A stretch of 64,000 nucleotides of DNA from an archaeon (lineage in GTDB: Archaea > Micrarchaeota > Micrarchaeia > Norongarragalinales > UBA97), in the NCBI GenBank assembly GCA_020057405.1, contig JAGVFW010000003.1:128001-192000 (forward strand), in the 5' to 3' direction. The notes under the pieces are model-generated. The model worked only from the letters and a program-made list of their open reading frames with translations. It was not told the DNA's origin and searched no databases. Of the stretch, positions 38,530-50,131 are shown piece by piece. Made by a program: the position numbers and the translations under genes. The number at the start of each line of letters is the position of its first letter. The first letter of the stretch is position 1.

Positions 38530-38601
38530 GGGCCTGGAGTCGGTCGGTAAGACACCGCCTTCGCAAGGCGGGGATAGCGGGTTCAATTCCCGCCGGGTCC
38601 A
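38530..38601 (+). tRNA. tRNA-Ala(CGC), intronless, atypical core
   Basis: GGGCCTG/CGGGTCC-A acceptor with G3:U70; CCGCC-TTCGCAA-GGCGG anticodon arm; GCGGG-TTCAATT-CCCGC T-arm; ATTTAAAT upstream and a T-run downstream. Confidence 0.88.
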
Positions 38602-38613
38602 CTGAACCTTTTT

Positions 38614-39507
38614 TTACTTAACGAGGGCGACGCCAATCAAGATGAGCAGCGTTCCCAGCACCTTCTGCATCAGGGTAGTGCGCTTGAGCTCCTCGTCAAG
38701 GGCCTTGGGGTAGGTCATGCCGACTAGCACTGCGAAGACGAGGACGAAGAGGGCTTGGGTCGAGAGGATTGCGGAAACGGCGGTGATGGGGCCCGTCTCT
38801 GCGGCTATGGTAATTAGGAGAAATGACGCCATGCTCGCAACTGCAAGGGCGGTTACTATTTTCGTGGTGCGGGTGCCGGCGGCGCTTGCCTCGCGTGAAA
38901 GCGTAGTGCGGCCGACAAAGGCGGCGACCACCATCATGGCAAGCACTGCGCCAAAACGCGTGTAGGAAAAGACGGTGAGGGCGTCTGCAAAGTAAAGAAG
39001 GTACTTCATTGTCACCACGTATGCTGCTGAGAAAAGCAGCGAGGCAAGCAGGTACTTCTTGGCCTTGACAAACCGCATTTCCTTGAGGCTGTGGATTGAC
39101 AGGACGATTGCGCCGGCTACAAGCAAAGCAGCGCCAAGGTATCTTACGGGTTTTAGCGTCTCGCCCAAAAACAGGAATGCGAAGGCGGCGATGAAGAGCG
39201 TGTCAAGGTAAAGAATGGGGATTACGCGCGAGACTTCCTCGGCTTTGAGTGCCTCGAAGTAGTACCATGCGTGGATTACGAAGAATGCGCCGGCGAGGAG
39301 GCCGAGAAACACGTTGACTGACGAGAGTGGGTCAAAGCCGCGGAAGAGGAGAATGGCGAGGGCGAAAGCGAGGCCGACTAGGGCGTCGATGGAGAGCATG
39401 AAGGCCACGCTTTTGGTCAGGCGCGTGACGACGTGCTTGTCAGCTACGTTGACTGCAGCCAAAATCGCGGCCGCGAGGGCAGCGGCGAGGGGCCAGAACG
39501 GAAGCAT
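38614..39507 (-). CDS. EamA/DMT family transporter
   Basis: ATG 39507; about 10 TM; YFEALKAEEVSRV, FLGE, GPITAVSAI, KVLGTLLILIG. Confidence 0.88.
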   Translation of the reverse strand: MLPFWPLAAALAAAILAAVNVADKHVVTRLTKSVAFMLSIDALVGLAFALAILLFRGFDPLSSVNVFLGLLAGAFFVIHAWYYFEALKAEEVSRVIPILYLDTLFIAAFAFLFLGETLKPVRYLGAALLVAGAIVLSIHSLKEMRFVKAKKYLLASLLFSAAYVVTMKYLLYFADALTVFSYTRFGAVLAMMVVAAFVGRTTLSREASAAGTRTTKIVTALAVASMASFLLITIAAETGPITAVSAILSTQALFVLVFAVLVGMTYPKALDEELKRTTLMQKVLGTLLILIGVALVK

Positions 39508-39570
39508 AGCATTAGAAAAACAAGTCGGGGCTATAAAGCCTTCGTGAAGCATTTCAAAGCCGTCGGCGGC

Positions 39571-40101
39571 TTGGCGGGCATTTTCTTCAAGCAAAAGCGC
39601 GACTCGCAAACAAAAGACGCCTTGCTCTTCCTCCTCCTCTTCGCGGCCTTCGCGGGCGTAGCCTATGGGGCGCTTTTGGCAACAGGCACGGCGCTTAATT
39701 TGCTTGCGGCAAAGTCAAGCGTGCTCGCGATGGGCGCACTCGGGATTGATGCAAGTGTAGTGCCTAACTCCGACTTTCCGCACATTGTCGGGGAAGTGCG
39801 CGGCACGCCCTTTGAGGCCGAAATCAACGGCCTCTGCGCCGGTGCGATTGAGCTTGCTGTTGTCTTTGGCATCGTGATGGCGAGCCGCGACAAGAGCGTT
39901 CGCGCGAGGCTGCTGGGGGCACTCGGCGGTTTTGCGGTTTTCCTCGCCTTTAACCCATTGCGCATCGCCCTTACGCTGAACGCAGTAGGCAGCTGGGCCC
40001 TGCCACTCTTGCACGACGTGCTCTTCCGTCTCTCGCTTCTCTTCGTCATCGTGGGTTACTACGCAGTGTGGTATTACTCGACCGCGAGCAAGCGTTTTTA
40101 A
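39571..40101 (+). CDS. Archaeosortase/exosortase family membrane cysteine peptidase
   Basis: EINGLCAG (Cys), FNPLRI (Arg), LLHDV (His) in a multi-TM protein; start uncertain (GTG 39544 or TTG 39571). Confidence 0.82.
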   Translation: MAGIFFKQKRDSQTKDALLFLLLFAAFAGVAYGALLATGTALNLLAAKSSVLAMGALGIDASVVPNSDFPHIVGEVRGTPFEAEINGLCAGAIELAVVFGIVMASRDKSVRARLLGALGGFAVFLAFNPLRIALTLNAVGSWALPLLHDVLFRLSLLFVIVGYYAVWYYSTASKRF

Positions 40102-40123
40102 CGAGCCCGCGCTAAGCGTTGCT

Positions 40124-42088
40124 ATGCTCAAGGGCTTCATCTCAGCGCCTCTTCTTGGAACGCTAGTTTTCCTCGGCGCTGTTGTCTTCGTCGTGCACAT
40201 CACGCAGATGGAGAAAGCCGAGGTCAGCAGCATAGTCTCCGACATTTACCACAACCGAGTAACCTCAATGCTCGAAGACTACCGCTACGACATGGGCTCG
40301 CTCTTTGCGGTTGCCCTCTCCCGCGCGATTGAACGCTATCTCTCAAGTGAATGCTGGGAAATCTTCGCGCTCAAAAACGACAATTACGCCGAGCCCGGCG
40401 GTGCCGACGGTGGCGGAATTGCGACGCGGGGCGTGCCGCCCGCGGGCTTTCCTAAAACGGGGCACGCGGACTACAACTACGACGACTTTGGCTGGTGCAG
40501 GAACACCGGCACCGGCGCTAACCCGACCTGCAGCGACGTTAGTGAGACGAACAAGCACCCAAACAACCCGAACTACGATTACCTGTGCGCCGAGAACTGC
40601 AACGGCCAGCTCGACTACTACGAGCTGCGCTACAAAAAGTGCACTGAAATAAGCGACATCATCCGCGACGGCATCTGCCCGTATGACCCCAAGTACGGCC
40701 TGACGGCGTGGCTAAACGCGACGCGAACGCCGTTTAACTTCGAGGGAGTCGGCTTCTCCCTCTCGAACCCCGAATTGGTCGAGACATACGTCTCGCAGAT
40801 TTCCTGCACGTTTAGCGGCCTGGGGACGGTCACCAACACGAACATGTTTGAGTACGACTTGGGCTCAAGCAGCGGCTCGTGCAAGGGACGCGACAACTGC
40901 AAAGTCAAGGTCGGAAACGGCTTCCTTACCTGCGCGAAAAAGGACGGCGTGCCCGACGGCACGCTTTCGGTCGGCGACGGCATCAAGAACTGCAGGCAGC
41001 TTGTGGGCGACAGCCTCTTTGACTGCAGAAACTTCGCAGAGGACTTGGGCAACCCGTACCGCTGCTGCAGCCTCTACTCGAACACTGGAGAATGCTGCGC
41101 GCAGTCCGATGGCCCGTCTAAAGGGTGCGACCAAAAGAGCCACGTCATGCCAGGCTGTGACGGGGGCAGCTTTTTCGTCGGCGTCAACGTGCTTGCAAAC
41201 GACAACGTCTACCGCAGCCTGCCGCGGGTCAACGCAACTGACAAGGGCGGAAACGAAATCCAGGGCGGCGCCCTTGGCGATCGCAACTTCACAATCCACG
41301 TCAAGTACCCGGTCTACAAGTACCTCGACGCGGCCTTCAGAACCTACATGCCAATCGCTTACGGCATTTGCGTGAATTCCGCGCACCCAGAGTACGACTT
41401 TGAGGCGCCCGTTAACATGCGCGTGCACGAAGGCCAGGGCGGCGGCACCAGGTCGTGCCCAAGCGGCAACAGCCCGCAGAGCGACTTTGAGGGAATCATC
41501 GAGGGCCTCTGCTACGGCGAGAGCTGCGGGGGCTTCAACGTCAACCCGGAGTGCCTGGGTTTAAACCCGCCGGCTTATTGCGACACGAAAGGCTTTGAAG
41601 GGAACAACAATGGCCAGCATTTCCGCACCAGGGAAAAAGCAATTGAGTATGCAAGGGCCAAATTCTTAGGCGTGTTTTTGAGCCCCGACCCGGCGGTGGG
41701 GACAAGCGTGTGCCGGCTGTTTCGGCCGCTCCTTTGCGACACTTTCGGCCTCTGCGACACGAAAATGCTCATCCGCGGCATGGGCCTGCAAAACCCTGCG
41801 GACGGAAGCGACGGCTTCTACACTCTTTGCCCGCAACCGCCGGCTAGTTGGGATTCTCCAGACTGGACCGCAATCCAAGCGAAGTTGTCAGTCGACAGCC
41901 TCTTCCGCGCTTATGACGACTGCACAAGGAATCCGAACAACCACCAGGCGTGCGCTGCGGTCAACAGCCTGTCGTTTACGATTAAGTTCGTGGACAAGAA
42001 GGCGGAGACTCTAGTGAACCCCATTGCAAACAACTTCTGCTGGCACATGCGGCCGGTGCACGTTAACCCTACCAAGTCAACGCAGTGA
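40124..42088 (+). CDS. Cys-rich extracellular protein with class III (pilin-like) signal peptide
   Basis: MLKG|FISAPLLGTLVFLGAVVFVV, long amphipathic helix, then dozens of Cys; no C-terminal anchor. Confidence 0.75.
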   Translation: MLKGFISAPLLGTLVFLGAVVFVVHITQMEKAEVSSIVSDIYHNRVTSMLEDYRYDMGSLFAVALSRAIERYLSSECWEIFALKNDNYAEPGGADGGGIATRGVPPAGFPKTGHADYNYDDFGWCRNTGTGANPTCSDVSETNKHPNNPNYDYLCAENCNGQLDYYELRYKKCTEISDIIRDGICPYDPKYGLTAWLNATRTPFNFEGVGFSLSNPELVETYVSQISCTFSGLGTVTNTNMFEYDLGSSSGSCKGRDNCKVKVGNGFLTCAKKDGVPDGTLSVGDGIKNCRQLVGDSLFDCRNFAEDLGNPYRCCSLYSNTGECCAQSDGPSKGCDQKSHVMPGCDGGSFFVGVNVLANDNVYRSLPRVNATDKGGNEIQGGALGDRNFTIHVKYPVYKYLDAAFRTYMPIAYGICVNSAHPEYDFEAPVNMRVHEGQGGGTRSCPSGNSPQSDFEGIIEGLCYGESCGGFNVNPECLGLNPPAYCDTKGFEGNNNGQHFRTREKAIEYARAKFLGVFLSPDPAVGTSVCRLFRPLLCDTFGLCDTKMLIRGMGLQNPADGSDGFYTLCPQPPASWDSPDWTAIQAKLSVDSLFRAYDDCTRNPNNHQACAAVNSLSFTIKFVDKKAETLVNPIANNFCWHMRPVHVNPTKSTQ

Positions 42089-42167
42089 CGGCCGGACACA
42101 ATCACTGCTTTTTTAAAGCAGCCTTGCCACAAGTAACTGTCTGTCTTGCAAGTGGGTAAGCGGGGTA

Positions 42168-45100
42168 ATGCGTTCAATGGGTTTGGCCGAGCAATACGAG
42201 GAGTTTCTTGACAAGCTTGATGAACAAGGTTTTCCAAGCCCAAAGATACTAGTTCCCGCACTCGCAATCTTAGCCGTTCTTGCAATAGCCTTCTTCGCCC
42301 TCCCGCTCTTGCAGGGAGTTGCCGGGGGCGGCTCGAAAAAAATACTTCTTGAAGTCCAGGACGCGGGCGGAACTAAAGTCTCCGGCGCTAAGGTAACACT
42401 CCTAACGATTGACGGCACGAAAGTCGATTCAACGGTAACCGACTCAAGCGGCGTTGCCTCTTTTGCCTCCGCACCTGCAAAGGAACTGCAGGTGACTGTC
42501 GAGGCGCCCACCTACAAGGCAGGGTTAATCACGCTTTCCTTCGATAGCCTTGGCGATACGGTCACACTCGAGTCCGACAACGCGCTTGCCAAAGTAAGCC
42601 GCGTGCAGGTTGCAGTCATCGACGAGGCCAGCTTCCCTGTTGCCGGCGCCGCAGTGCGCTTAACTACGTCAGCAGGCGACCGCTCTAGCGTCACCGACGC
42701 TACAGGCATTGCAGAATTCCCGTTTGAAACGCTTCCCGACTCCGCAAGCTTAACTGCGCAGCGCACAAGCTATGACGACGGGGTACTGCAGGGCGTTACC
42801 AAGCTCGAGCTCCAAGGCGCCGCTGACACGCCCATCAGAATCATCCTCAAGAAGCCGGCGCCAACCCCGGCGGCAACTGCAACAGTTCGCGTCACCATCC
42901 TCTCGCCAACTGGCGCCCCCGTAACCGGCGTCCTCGTTTCTCTCGTTGACAGCGCGGGTTCAACTGCGGGAAGCATGCAATCAACGCAGGGAGCGGCAGT
43001 GTTTGACAGCATGGTCCAAGGCAAGACTTACTTCGTGCGCGTGAACGACCCCAAGGGGGCATTCGAGGCGTTTGACGGCCCTGCCTTTACAGTCGACGCC
43101 AACTACAAGGAACTTCAAGTGCAGCTAAAGCGAAAGGCCGCCGAGAAAGTCTACGGCATTGCCGTCGGAATTGAGAACGCAAGAGGCGACCCCATTCCCG
43201 AAGCACAAGTGTCGTTATACTCGCGGGCGACAAACGCCCTCGTTGACACGAAATTCACTGACGAGAACGGCGCCGCGCTCTTTGACGCAACAGCCACCGA
43301 AAGCTACTACGTCACCGCATTCAAGGAAAGCTACTTGCCGGGATTCAAGGCGTCCGCAAAGACGGGAGACAGCATTACACTCACACTTGAAGAACAGGCT
43401 GCGGGCAACTTCGCAGACGCGATAGTGACTGTAACGCAGGACGGCAATCCCGCTTCGGGCGCTGTTGTGTCGCTCGTCGTGCGCGGAGGCTCGCGAAACG
43501 GCTTTTTCCTCGGCCTGCCGACTCTTTACGCCGGTCCCGACGGCATTGCGAGAACGATAGTGCCACGCAAGCTTGACTCTGCTGACTACAAGCTCGCTGC
43601 CTACGCGACTTTGGCCGAAAAGACGGGCGAGAGCGACGCTGTTGCAGTAGGGCAGGAGGGAGCGAAACTGCAGGTCGCTCTAAAGGCGCCCCAAGCATTT
43701 GTTGAGGCAATAGTCACCGACAAGCTCTCCGGCCGCAACGTCTCAAGCGCACTTGCGCAGGCCTTTGCCAACGGCTCTGTCGCCGGCAGCTGCATCACAG
43801 ACGCCCGGGGTGACTGCACGATGACGCTTGAAGCCGGCCGACAGTATACCTTTACTATCGGCGCGCCCGGCTACATTGACTCGACTACCGTCCCCCGGAC
43901 GCTGGCCGCCAACGAGCACTCGGCAATCAACGCCGCGCTCTATTCCGAGGCCGACTTGAAGGGGGCGAAAGCCGAGTTTCTTGGCGTCTTTGACGCTGGC
44001 GAAAACCGCGTTCTTGAAATCGACAACGCGCAAAGCTATCGTGCGCGCTTCCTTCTCTCCGCCCAGCAAGGCAACACGCTTGCCGGCATTCACTTCCGCG
44101 TTGGCAGCGGCACTGACACCGCGCACAACGAGGCGTTCATCACTAAAATCAACGCGCCCGGCGCGACCATGGTAGGCTACGGCCCGGCCCTTGCGGCGCA
44201 AGGCTGCGACGTGCAGGCGAACTCTTCAAACCAGGACGTGCTTGCAAAGTGGGCTGAAGCGGCCTACCCCGCGGGAATCACTTCAAGCAAGCAAATCGAG
44301 TTCACTTTCCGCGTAAAAAACGACGTGCCGGCAGGCACGCACGTTCCAATCGAATACCGCGCTTACGCTTACAAGACGGGCTTGCCGATGCTATCGCCCC
44401 TTGACAAGACCAAGGCAGCGGAACTGCTAAACAAGGCGCAGGGAAATGCCCAAATCACTGCCGCAGACTATTGCGGTGCTGCAAGGGACAACGCCGACCT
44501 GCGCCTCACTAGCCGGCCCCTTGCCTGCGACTCGACCGGCCTGTGCACGCGCTTCTCTTTCGCCAGCACCACGGGCTTAAGCGGCGGCAACGGGTTCCCC
44601 ATCGAGCTTGGCAAGGAATTCTCGCTGCAGTTTACCATAATCTCCCCGCAGGGAATAGACTACACTGGCATTTCCACCGCAAACGCGCAAGTGCTCGGCT
44701 TTGACTACAACACCACCGCGGCATTTAGCGGCACTCCGCTTTCTTCACTAAAGCTGGCAACAGAGACAACCGGCGAGCAGGCCCTTGCAATCAGCGCCTC
44801 GCCCGGGGAGCGGGTTGACGGCACTGTGCGCATGAAGGCAACGCAGCCCGGCGTGCGCGCGCCAGTTGACTTCTTCATCCACGTGCCCGGCGGCGATGCC
44901 AGGCGCGCGCCACTCTTCGTGCGCGTCACTGGCACTAACGCGTTTACGCCCACCACGCAATTTTCCGAATTAATCCTCGGCGTTGACACTAACGAGCGCA
45001 TTACGATAGTTGACAAGCTGGGCAAGCCCGTTACCGACGCGACTTTAACACTCACCGAGTGCAGCGGCTCGCCCCTTGGAGGCAACGAAATCATCATTGC

Positions 45101-48100
45101 GGGAGACGGGTCGACCAACCGAGGCAGAAGCGGCGTTTACCTCATTTCACTTAAGCCATCGGCCATGGGAAGGATGGGAGTGCGGCTAGAGCACACGGAC
45201 TTTGACACTTTCGAGTCCTGCGGCATCACCGTAATCGCAGGCAATTTCATCACAGTAGACCCTGACACCGCCGACTTCTCCGGCAGCTCGACGCCCCAGC
45301 AAGTGCTGCCCATTCACATTGCCTCGACACTGCCGATGCAGTCGCGCGTGAGCACCGCAGTTCGCTGCAGCGTCGGCGGCTCTTACGTTCCAAGCTCTCT
45401 CCTCTCAGTCGAGCCCGCACAATTCACGCTCGATGCATCCGACCGCGATGTTTCGATCAAGCTCACCGAGGGGGGGCGCGCGCAAACCGAGTGCGTCGTT
45501 GTCTTCACGGGCACTGCAGGCAGCGTGAGGACTGTTGCAACGGTCTTTGCAACAATAAACGTCACGTCGCCTCCGACTGCGCAGGAAACCTATCCGCCCG
45601 TCCCCTCAAGCATCAGGCTTGCGGTAGACGACACGGGCGTAGCGCAGGCGTTCTACTACATTGGCGACTTGGGCGAAGTGCGCGGCTGCCGCTTTGCACC
45701 ATCAGGAACCAACCCCATTGACGAGACTGCAATCCAGATGCAGTGCGGCGGGCAAGTACTCTCACTCGCTGTTGCATACAACTTTGCGACCCAATGCCTT
45801 CCCTCGTCCGGCGCGACTGGCCGGATTTTCGTCTCAAGGACAGTCAATGGCTTGCCACAAGCTGACGCCGCAATCGGGCTCGTCTTGACTCCCGGAAGCG
45901 GCGCCAACATTTGCAGCGGGACAAGCGCGACCCCAACGCCAACTCCCGAAGGCGGGGCGACTCCGACTCCTGTTCCAACCGGTTCGCCAAGCCCGACTCC
46001 AAACGGCTATCCGCAATTGCCCTCGCGCGTTGACTTGTTCCTAGACGACTTCGCTTTTGCTGAAAGCTATTATTCCCTTAGCCCTGTTGACGGCCCCATT
46101 TCGGGGTGCGAACTTCGCGCGACGGGGAGCGGCACTGACTCAATAGTGAACTTCGTGCGCATTGACAGCGACGCTTGCGCAAACGGGTTCCTTCACGTCA
46201 TTGCCGACTATAGCGGCTTCCCGGTGCCCCCCGGCCTCTACAAGTCGCTTAAGCAGACTGCGCAAGTGCGGCTTCTGCGCGCAGGACAAACTGCAGTCAC
46301 GCGCGAGCTGTCAATAAGTGCCAGTCGCATGACCGACATTCCGGCAGACGCGCCACGTTGTGGCGACGGAGTGTGTGATTCCGAGCGCGGTGAAGATGGC
46401 GCTTCATGCAGTGCCGATTGCCCGCTTGTCTCAAGCTGCACTGACGGTATCCGCAACGGCGCCGAGGACGGCGTTGACTGCGGCGGAGGCTGCGCAAAGA
46501 ACTGCACTTTCTCGGGCTATCCTGCGCTTCCGGCAACGGTTTCCTTGCGGCTTAACGACGAGGGCCTGGCGCGAAAGACTTACAGCCTCAAGCCAGTGAT
46601 GGACGCCGGCTGCAAGCCCGCATCGTGTGAAGTGCGCGCGTCGTACCTTGACTCGCAAAACCCGCTCACCGCGATTCCAAACTTTGTCTCAGTTGACTCC
46701 GGCCAATGCGCTTTGGGATTGGCGCAAGTGAGTGCGGACTACGGCACGTTCCAGAACCTCTACCGCACTTACGTTGGCATGGGCTCGCTTTACGTGCAGT
46801 GCGAGGATGGCTCTTTCGTGACGCGGCCGCTTCGAGTGTCGGCAGCTGACATGGCAAGCCTGCCTGAGGACCCCGCGACTTGCACTGACCGCATCAAGAA
46901 CCAGCACGAGGAGAATGTCGACTGCGGCGGCCCGTGCAACGCGTGCCCCGCGGCACCCACGTGCACGGATGGAGTCAAGAACGGCAACGAGACTGGCGTT
47001 GACTGCGGCAGCCAGTGCGGCATTTGCGCCGAGAGTCTTTATGAGGCGCTGCCAAACGAAATCAAGCTTTACTTGAACAACGACAGGTTTGCCGAATCGA
47101 CTTACCACACCAAACTATTGTCGGTCAAGCCCGTCACTTGCTCGCAGTTGCGTCCTGCCGGGTTCTTCGAGGACCAGGAACCGTCAACGCTGATTACAAA
47201 TTACGTCCAGCTTGACTGCAGCGGCGGCATCGTGCACGTCACCGCGGATTACGCAGGCTTCCCGACTGAATTATTGTGGCGCGGCCTTTCCCACGGAGGC
47301 AGCTTCCAGGTGAGCTTCGAGCCCATTGCCGGTAGCGGTGCGGTAGGCGGAGTTTCTTCAGGCGTCCAGCCCGGGCCCATGCTAAAGAAAACAATCCGCG
47401 TGATTGTGAGTGCGTCTAATGTTGACGGCGCGCAAATGACTCAGCCCGTCACCGGCATTGACTCGCTTCCAAACTCGATTGTCCTAAACGTTTACTCGCA
47501 GCAAAGCACTCAGCCCGGCCAGTTCGGCGGCGGAAGCGCGTTTGGCATTGACACGGGCAACCAGCGGACGGTGAAAGTCAAGTTCTTGCGCGAACCCGAT
47601 TGCACTCTACAGGGCTTCCTTGGGGCTGGTGCGGGCGGCCAGTTCGGCGGCGGCATTCCGGGCATGCCTTACGGCGCGCCACAAATCGCGTTCCAGCCGC
47701 AATCCTACTGGCAGGGCGCCCCACTGGCAGATGCAGCGGCAATACTCTACCCCGCAAGCGTTCCCCAGTCTTGCAGGGTTCCGGACGTGCTTACTAACCC
47801 CGAACTTTGTCCCGTTTGCCAGCAATACTTGCCCGGATTCAACTACTTTGAGCCCGGCGCCTTCTCCAAACAGTCAATGCAGGAACAGCGGCCGGCTCTG
47901 CAAACACAATACCCGTGGGTTGCAGGCGGCAATCCCGGCTACAACAGCTTCCAGCAGCCCTACGGCGGCTATTCCGGCTACGCTGGCCAGTCGCAACTTG
48001 GTTATGGCAGCAGCCAGGGCAGCTTTGCCGGAATGCAGCAGCAAGTCAATCCAGTTGCAATAGGCTTCCCAACCGGCCTGCCCCCAGGATGCCAGTTGCC

Positions 48101-50129
48101 CTACGTTTGCAGCAACCCGCAAGCTTGCCAGCTGAGTTACTGCAACGCACTCGTTGTCGGCGGCAAGGCGGCCCTGCAGGCGGCCGGAGCGCAAGTGAGC
48201 ATGCAGCCGACGGTAAGCTGCAGCAGGGACGAAATTACGGTTGTCGCAAACTACTTGGGCACCACGCCAACTAGCGGCTTTACGCAAACCAACACGCTCA
48301 AAGTAAGTGAGACCACACCCTCAGGTAAGGTGCGCACAAAGAATGTTCAAGTGCTCATCAACGTCTTAAGCTCATTTAGTTCCAACAGCATTCCGACACA
48401 GTCGTTCCAGCCAATGTGGTGCAGCCAACCCATTGCGGGACTGCAAAGGGGCCAAGTAATCCGCGTCACTGACTATGACACTGACAAGACGGGCGTGCCA
48501 AAGTCGATTGAAATCAAGCTCAACCCGATTACCATGAAGGGCGAGTACTCGACCGTGATTCCGGTCAAGTCGCCCGACGGCTCGCGTGTGCCCCTTTTGT
48601 GCGACAAGAGCCAAATGAGCCTCAGGGGCGGGCCTGACGTGCAACTTGATTGCGGCGATTCAGGCGCGCTGCACTTCGTCCTAGACTATTCGGGCACTAG
48701 CGTTGCGGGCCAGTGGCAGTCCGCGCCCGACTTCCCGCAAAGCATTTCCGATTCAGGCACTTTCCGCATCAAGCTCACTTCAGCCGGCCCAACCCTCGAA
48801 TTCCCCGTTGCAGTCAAAGTCGTCCCAGATGACTTCGCGCCATGGCAGATTGCGCTAATGGTTGACGCAAAGACTGGCAAGGCCGTTAGCAGCGAGTTCA
48901 AGTCGAGCACTAAGCTCTCGACGACGATGCTCAAGTCCATCATGGCCGCCGCGACAAGCATTAGCGCTTCCGCAAACGGCAATTCGTTCTTCATCGACGC
49001 AGCGTTCAAGAAGGGCGACGACTTGAGCAAGGCGAAGGGCACGGCGTTTATCGCCACGCGGCCCAAGCGTGAAATCGCAATCTACGCAGCGCAAGTGCCC
49101 AACAAGATGACTGTTACGCTTGCCAAGAGCGGAGATTCAATCACGATTGCGCCAAATGGCTGTAGCGACGGTGCCACCAAGTGGGACCCCGAAGGCGACA
49201 GCGACACTTGCGCATACCGCTTCTACCCCAAGGCAACGTCGTTCTCGCTGCCGGTTGGGTGCAGGCTTGACGCCAAGACCAGCGTGTCTGCAAGGCCTAG
49301 TGGCGATCAGTTCGCAACCGACGTGATTCTCTTTGACACAGGCGGCCCCACCTGCAACGCGGGCAAAGGCATCTTCCTCAAGCTCGACCCGCAGGCAGTT
49401 GCCGAAATCATGGCGCAAAACGCCGCGACGCCATTCGAGTTACTCAAGCTGCCGTTCCAAGTTACGCTGCAGGTTGGCGACGACCCGGCAACCGCATCGT
49501 CTTACACCATCCACGGCATGGCACTCGGTCCCAAGGCAAGCGCTTACTCAACAGCAGCTGATGCGGAAATGACACTCAAGGCACCCCTTGGCACCGCCGA
49601 CTTTGACGAGGAGACGGGCACTGCAAAGGCGACGCTTGCCGCGCCCTCAAAGAGGACTGCGGCACCCAGCCCCATAAAGGCGGGCGCCAACCGCTATGTC
49701 GGAGTCAAGTTCCCCAAGATTGTTGACGCAGGTGCGACGGGCACCAGCACTGCCGGCCTGCGCGTTGCAACCGAGGACGGCACCACGCTCTTCGCTTGGG
49801 GCAGCTTCAAGTGCGCTTCTGACGACAAGGGCTGCAAGCCACTGAAGCTGGAAGAGGACATCGGCCCCGATGGTATACACTACTTCAAAGTGCCGTTTGG
49901 CAAGGCCGCAAAGTATACTGTAGAGTCGACGGCACGCATTAGCGGCAAGAAACTTTCCGCAAAGGTAGACGTGCCGACCGACAGCGACGCCAATGTCGAG
50001 AAGCAGAAACCACCGGCAACAACGCCAGTCAAGAACTTAAACGGGCAGTCGGTAGCACCAAACACGCCGCCAGCGAAAACAACGACGGCTAAGGGCAAAA
50101 AGCCACTCAACGTAATAGGATTCGGATAG
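42168..50129 (+). CDS. Giant surface protein (2653 aa), carboxypeptidase-regulatory-like beta domains plus Cys-rich repeats
   Basis: N-terminal TM; repeated V.GA.V.L...TD..G.A.F units; DG..NG.E.GVDCG repeats; Q/G/Y-rich segment. Confidence 0.9.
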   Translation: MRSMGLAEQYEEFLDKLDEQGFPSPKILVPALAILAVLAIAFFALPLLQGVAGGGSKKILLEVQDAGGTKVSGAKVTLLTIDGTKVDSTVTDSSGVASFASAPAKELQVTVEAPTYKAGLITLSFDSLGDTVTLESDNALAKVSRVQVAVIDEASFPVAGAAVRLTTSAGDRSSVTDATGIAEFPFETLPDSASLTAQRTSYDDGVLQGVTKLELQGAADTPIRIILKKPAPTPAATATVRVTILSPTGAPVTGVLVSLVDSAGSTAGSMQSTQGAAVFDSMVQGKTYFVRVNDPKGAFEAFDGPAFTVDANYKELQVQLKRKAAEKVYGIAVGIENARGDPIPEAQVSLYSRATNALVDTKFTDENGAALFDATATESYYVTAFKESYLPGFKASAKTGDSITLTLEEQAAGNFADAIVTVTQDGNPASGAVVSLVVRGGSRNGFFLGLPTLYAGPDGIARTIVPRKLDSADYKLAAYATLAEKTGESDAVAVGQEGAKLQVALKAPQAFVEAIVTDKLSGRNVSSALAQAFANGSVAGSCITDARGDCTMTLEAGRQYTFTIGAPGYIDSTTVPRTLAANEHSAINAALYSEADLKGAKAEFLGVFDAGENRVLEIDNAQSYRARFLLSAQQGNTLAGIHFRVGSGTDTAHNEAFITKINAPGATMVGYGPALAAQGCDVQANSSNQDVLAKWAEAAYPAGITSSKQIEFTFRVKNDVPAGTHVPIEYRAYAYKTGLPMLSPLDKTKAAELLNKAQGNAQITAADYCGAARDNADLRLTSRPLACDSTGLCTRFSFASTTGLSGGNGFPIELGKEFSLQFTIISPQGIDYTGISTANAQVLGFDYNTTAAFSGTPLSSLKLATETTGEQALAISASPGERVDGTVRMKATQPGVRAPVDFFIHVPGGDARRAPLFVRVTGTNAFTPTTQFSELILGVDTNERITIVDKLGKPVTDATLTLTECSGSPLGGNEIIIAGDGSTNRGRSGVYLISLKPSAMGRMGVRLEHTDFDTFESCGITVIAGNFITVDPDTADFSGSSTPQQVLPIHIASTLPMQSRVSTAVRCSVGGSYVPSSLLSVEPAQFTLDASDRDVSIKLTEGGRAQTECVVVFTGTAGSVRTVATVFATINVTSPPTAQETYPPVPSSIRLAVDDTGVAQAFYYIGDLGEVRGCRFAPSGTNPIDETAIQMQCGGQVLSLAVAYNFATQCLPSSGATGRIFVSRTVNGLPQADAAIGLVLTPGSGANICSGTSATPTPTPEGGATPTPVPTGSPSPTPNGYPQLPSRVDLFLDDFAFAESYYSLSPVDGPISGCELRATGSGTDSIVNFVRIDSDACANGFLHVIADYSGFPVPPGLYKSLKQTAQVRLLRAGQTAVTRELSISASRMTDIPADAPRCGDGVCDSERGEDGASCSADCPLVSSCTDGIRNGAEDGVDCGGGCAKNCTFSGYPALPATVSLRLNDEGLARKTYSLKPVMDAGCKPASCEVRASYLDSQNPLTAIPNFVSVDSGQCALGLAQVSADYGTFQNLYRTYVGMGSLYVQCEDGSFVTRPLRVSAADMASLPEDPATCTDRIKNQHEENVDCGGPCNACPAAPTCTDGVKNGNETGVDCGSQCGICAESLYEALPNEIKLYLNNDRFAESTYHTKLLSVKPVTCSQLRPAGFFEDQEPSTLITNYVQLDCSGGIVHVTADYAGFPTELLWRGLSHGGSFQVSFEPIAGSGAVGGVSSGVQPGPMLKKTIRVIVSASNVDGAQMTQPVTGIDSLPNSIVLNVYSQQSTQPGQFGGGSAFGIDTGNQRTVKVKFLREPDCTLQGFLGAGAGGQFGGGIPGMPYGAPQIAFQPQSYWQGAPLADAAAILYPASVPQSCRVPDVLTNPELCPVCQQYLPGFNYFEPGAFSKQSMQEQRPALQTQYPWVAGGNPGYNSFQQPYGGYSGYAGQSQLGYGSSQGSFAGMQQQVNPVAIGFPTGLPPGCQLPYVCSNPQACQLSYCNALVVGGKAALQAAGAQVSMQPTVSCSRDEITVVANYLGTTPTSGFTQTNTLKVSETTPSGKVRTKNVQVLINVLSSFSSNSIPTQSFQPMWCSQPIAGLQRGQVIRVTDYDTDKTGVPKSIEIKLNPITMKGEYSTVIPVKSPDGSRVPLLCDKSQMSLRGGPDVQLDCGDSGALHFVLDYSGTSVAGQWQSAPDFPQSISDSGTFRIKLTSAGPTLEFPVAVKVVPDDFAPWQIALMVDAKTGKAVSSEFKSSTKLSTTMLKSIMAAATSISASANGNSFFIDAAFKKGDDLSKAKGTAFIATRPKREIAIYAAQVPNKMTVTLAKSGDSITIAPNGCSDGATKWDPEGDSDTCAYRFYPKATSFSLPVGCRLDAKTSVSARPSGDQFATDVILFDTGGPTCNAGKGIFLKLDPQAVAEIMAQNAATPFELLKLPFQVTLQVGDDPATASSYTIHGMALGPKASAYSTAADAEMTLKAPLGTADFDEETGTAKATLAAPSKRTAAPSPIKAGANRYVGVKFPKIVDAGATGTSTAGLRVATEDGTTLFAWGSFKCASDDKGCKPLKLEEDIGPDGIHYFKVPFGKAAKYTVESTARISGKKLSAKVDVPTDSDANVEKQKPPATTPVKNLNGQSVAPNTPPAKTTTAKGKKPLNVIGFG

Positions 50130-50131
50130 AA

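Noticed and set aside
38530-38601. tRNA as an integration site of a mobile island
   Set aside because: No integrase or transposase in the window, and I saw no duplicate of the tRNA 3' end.
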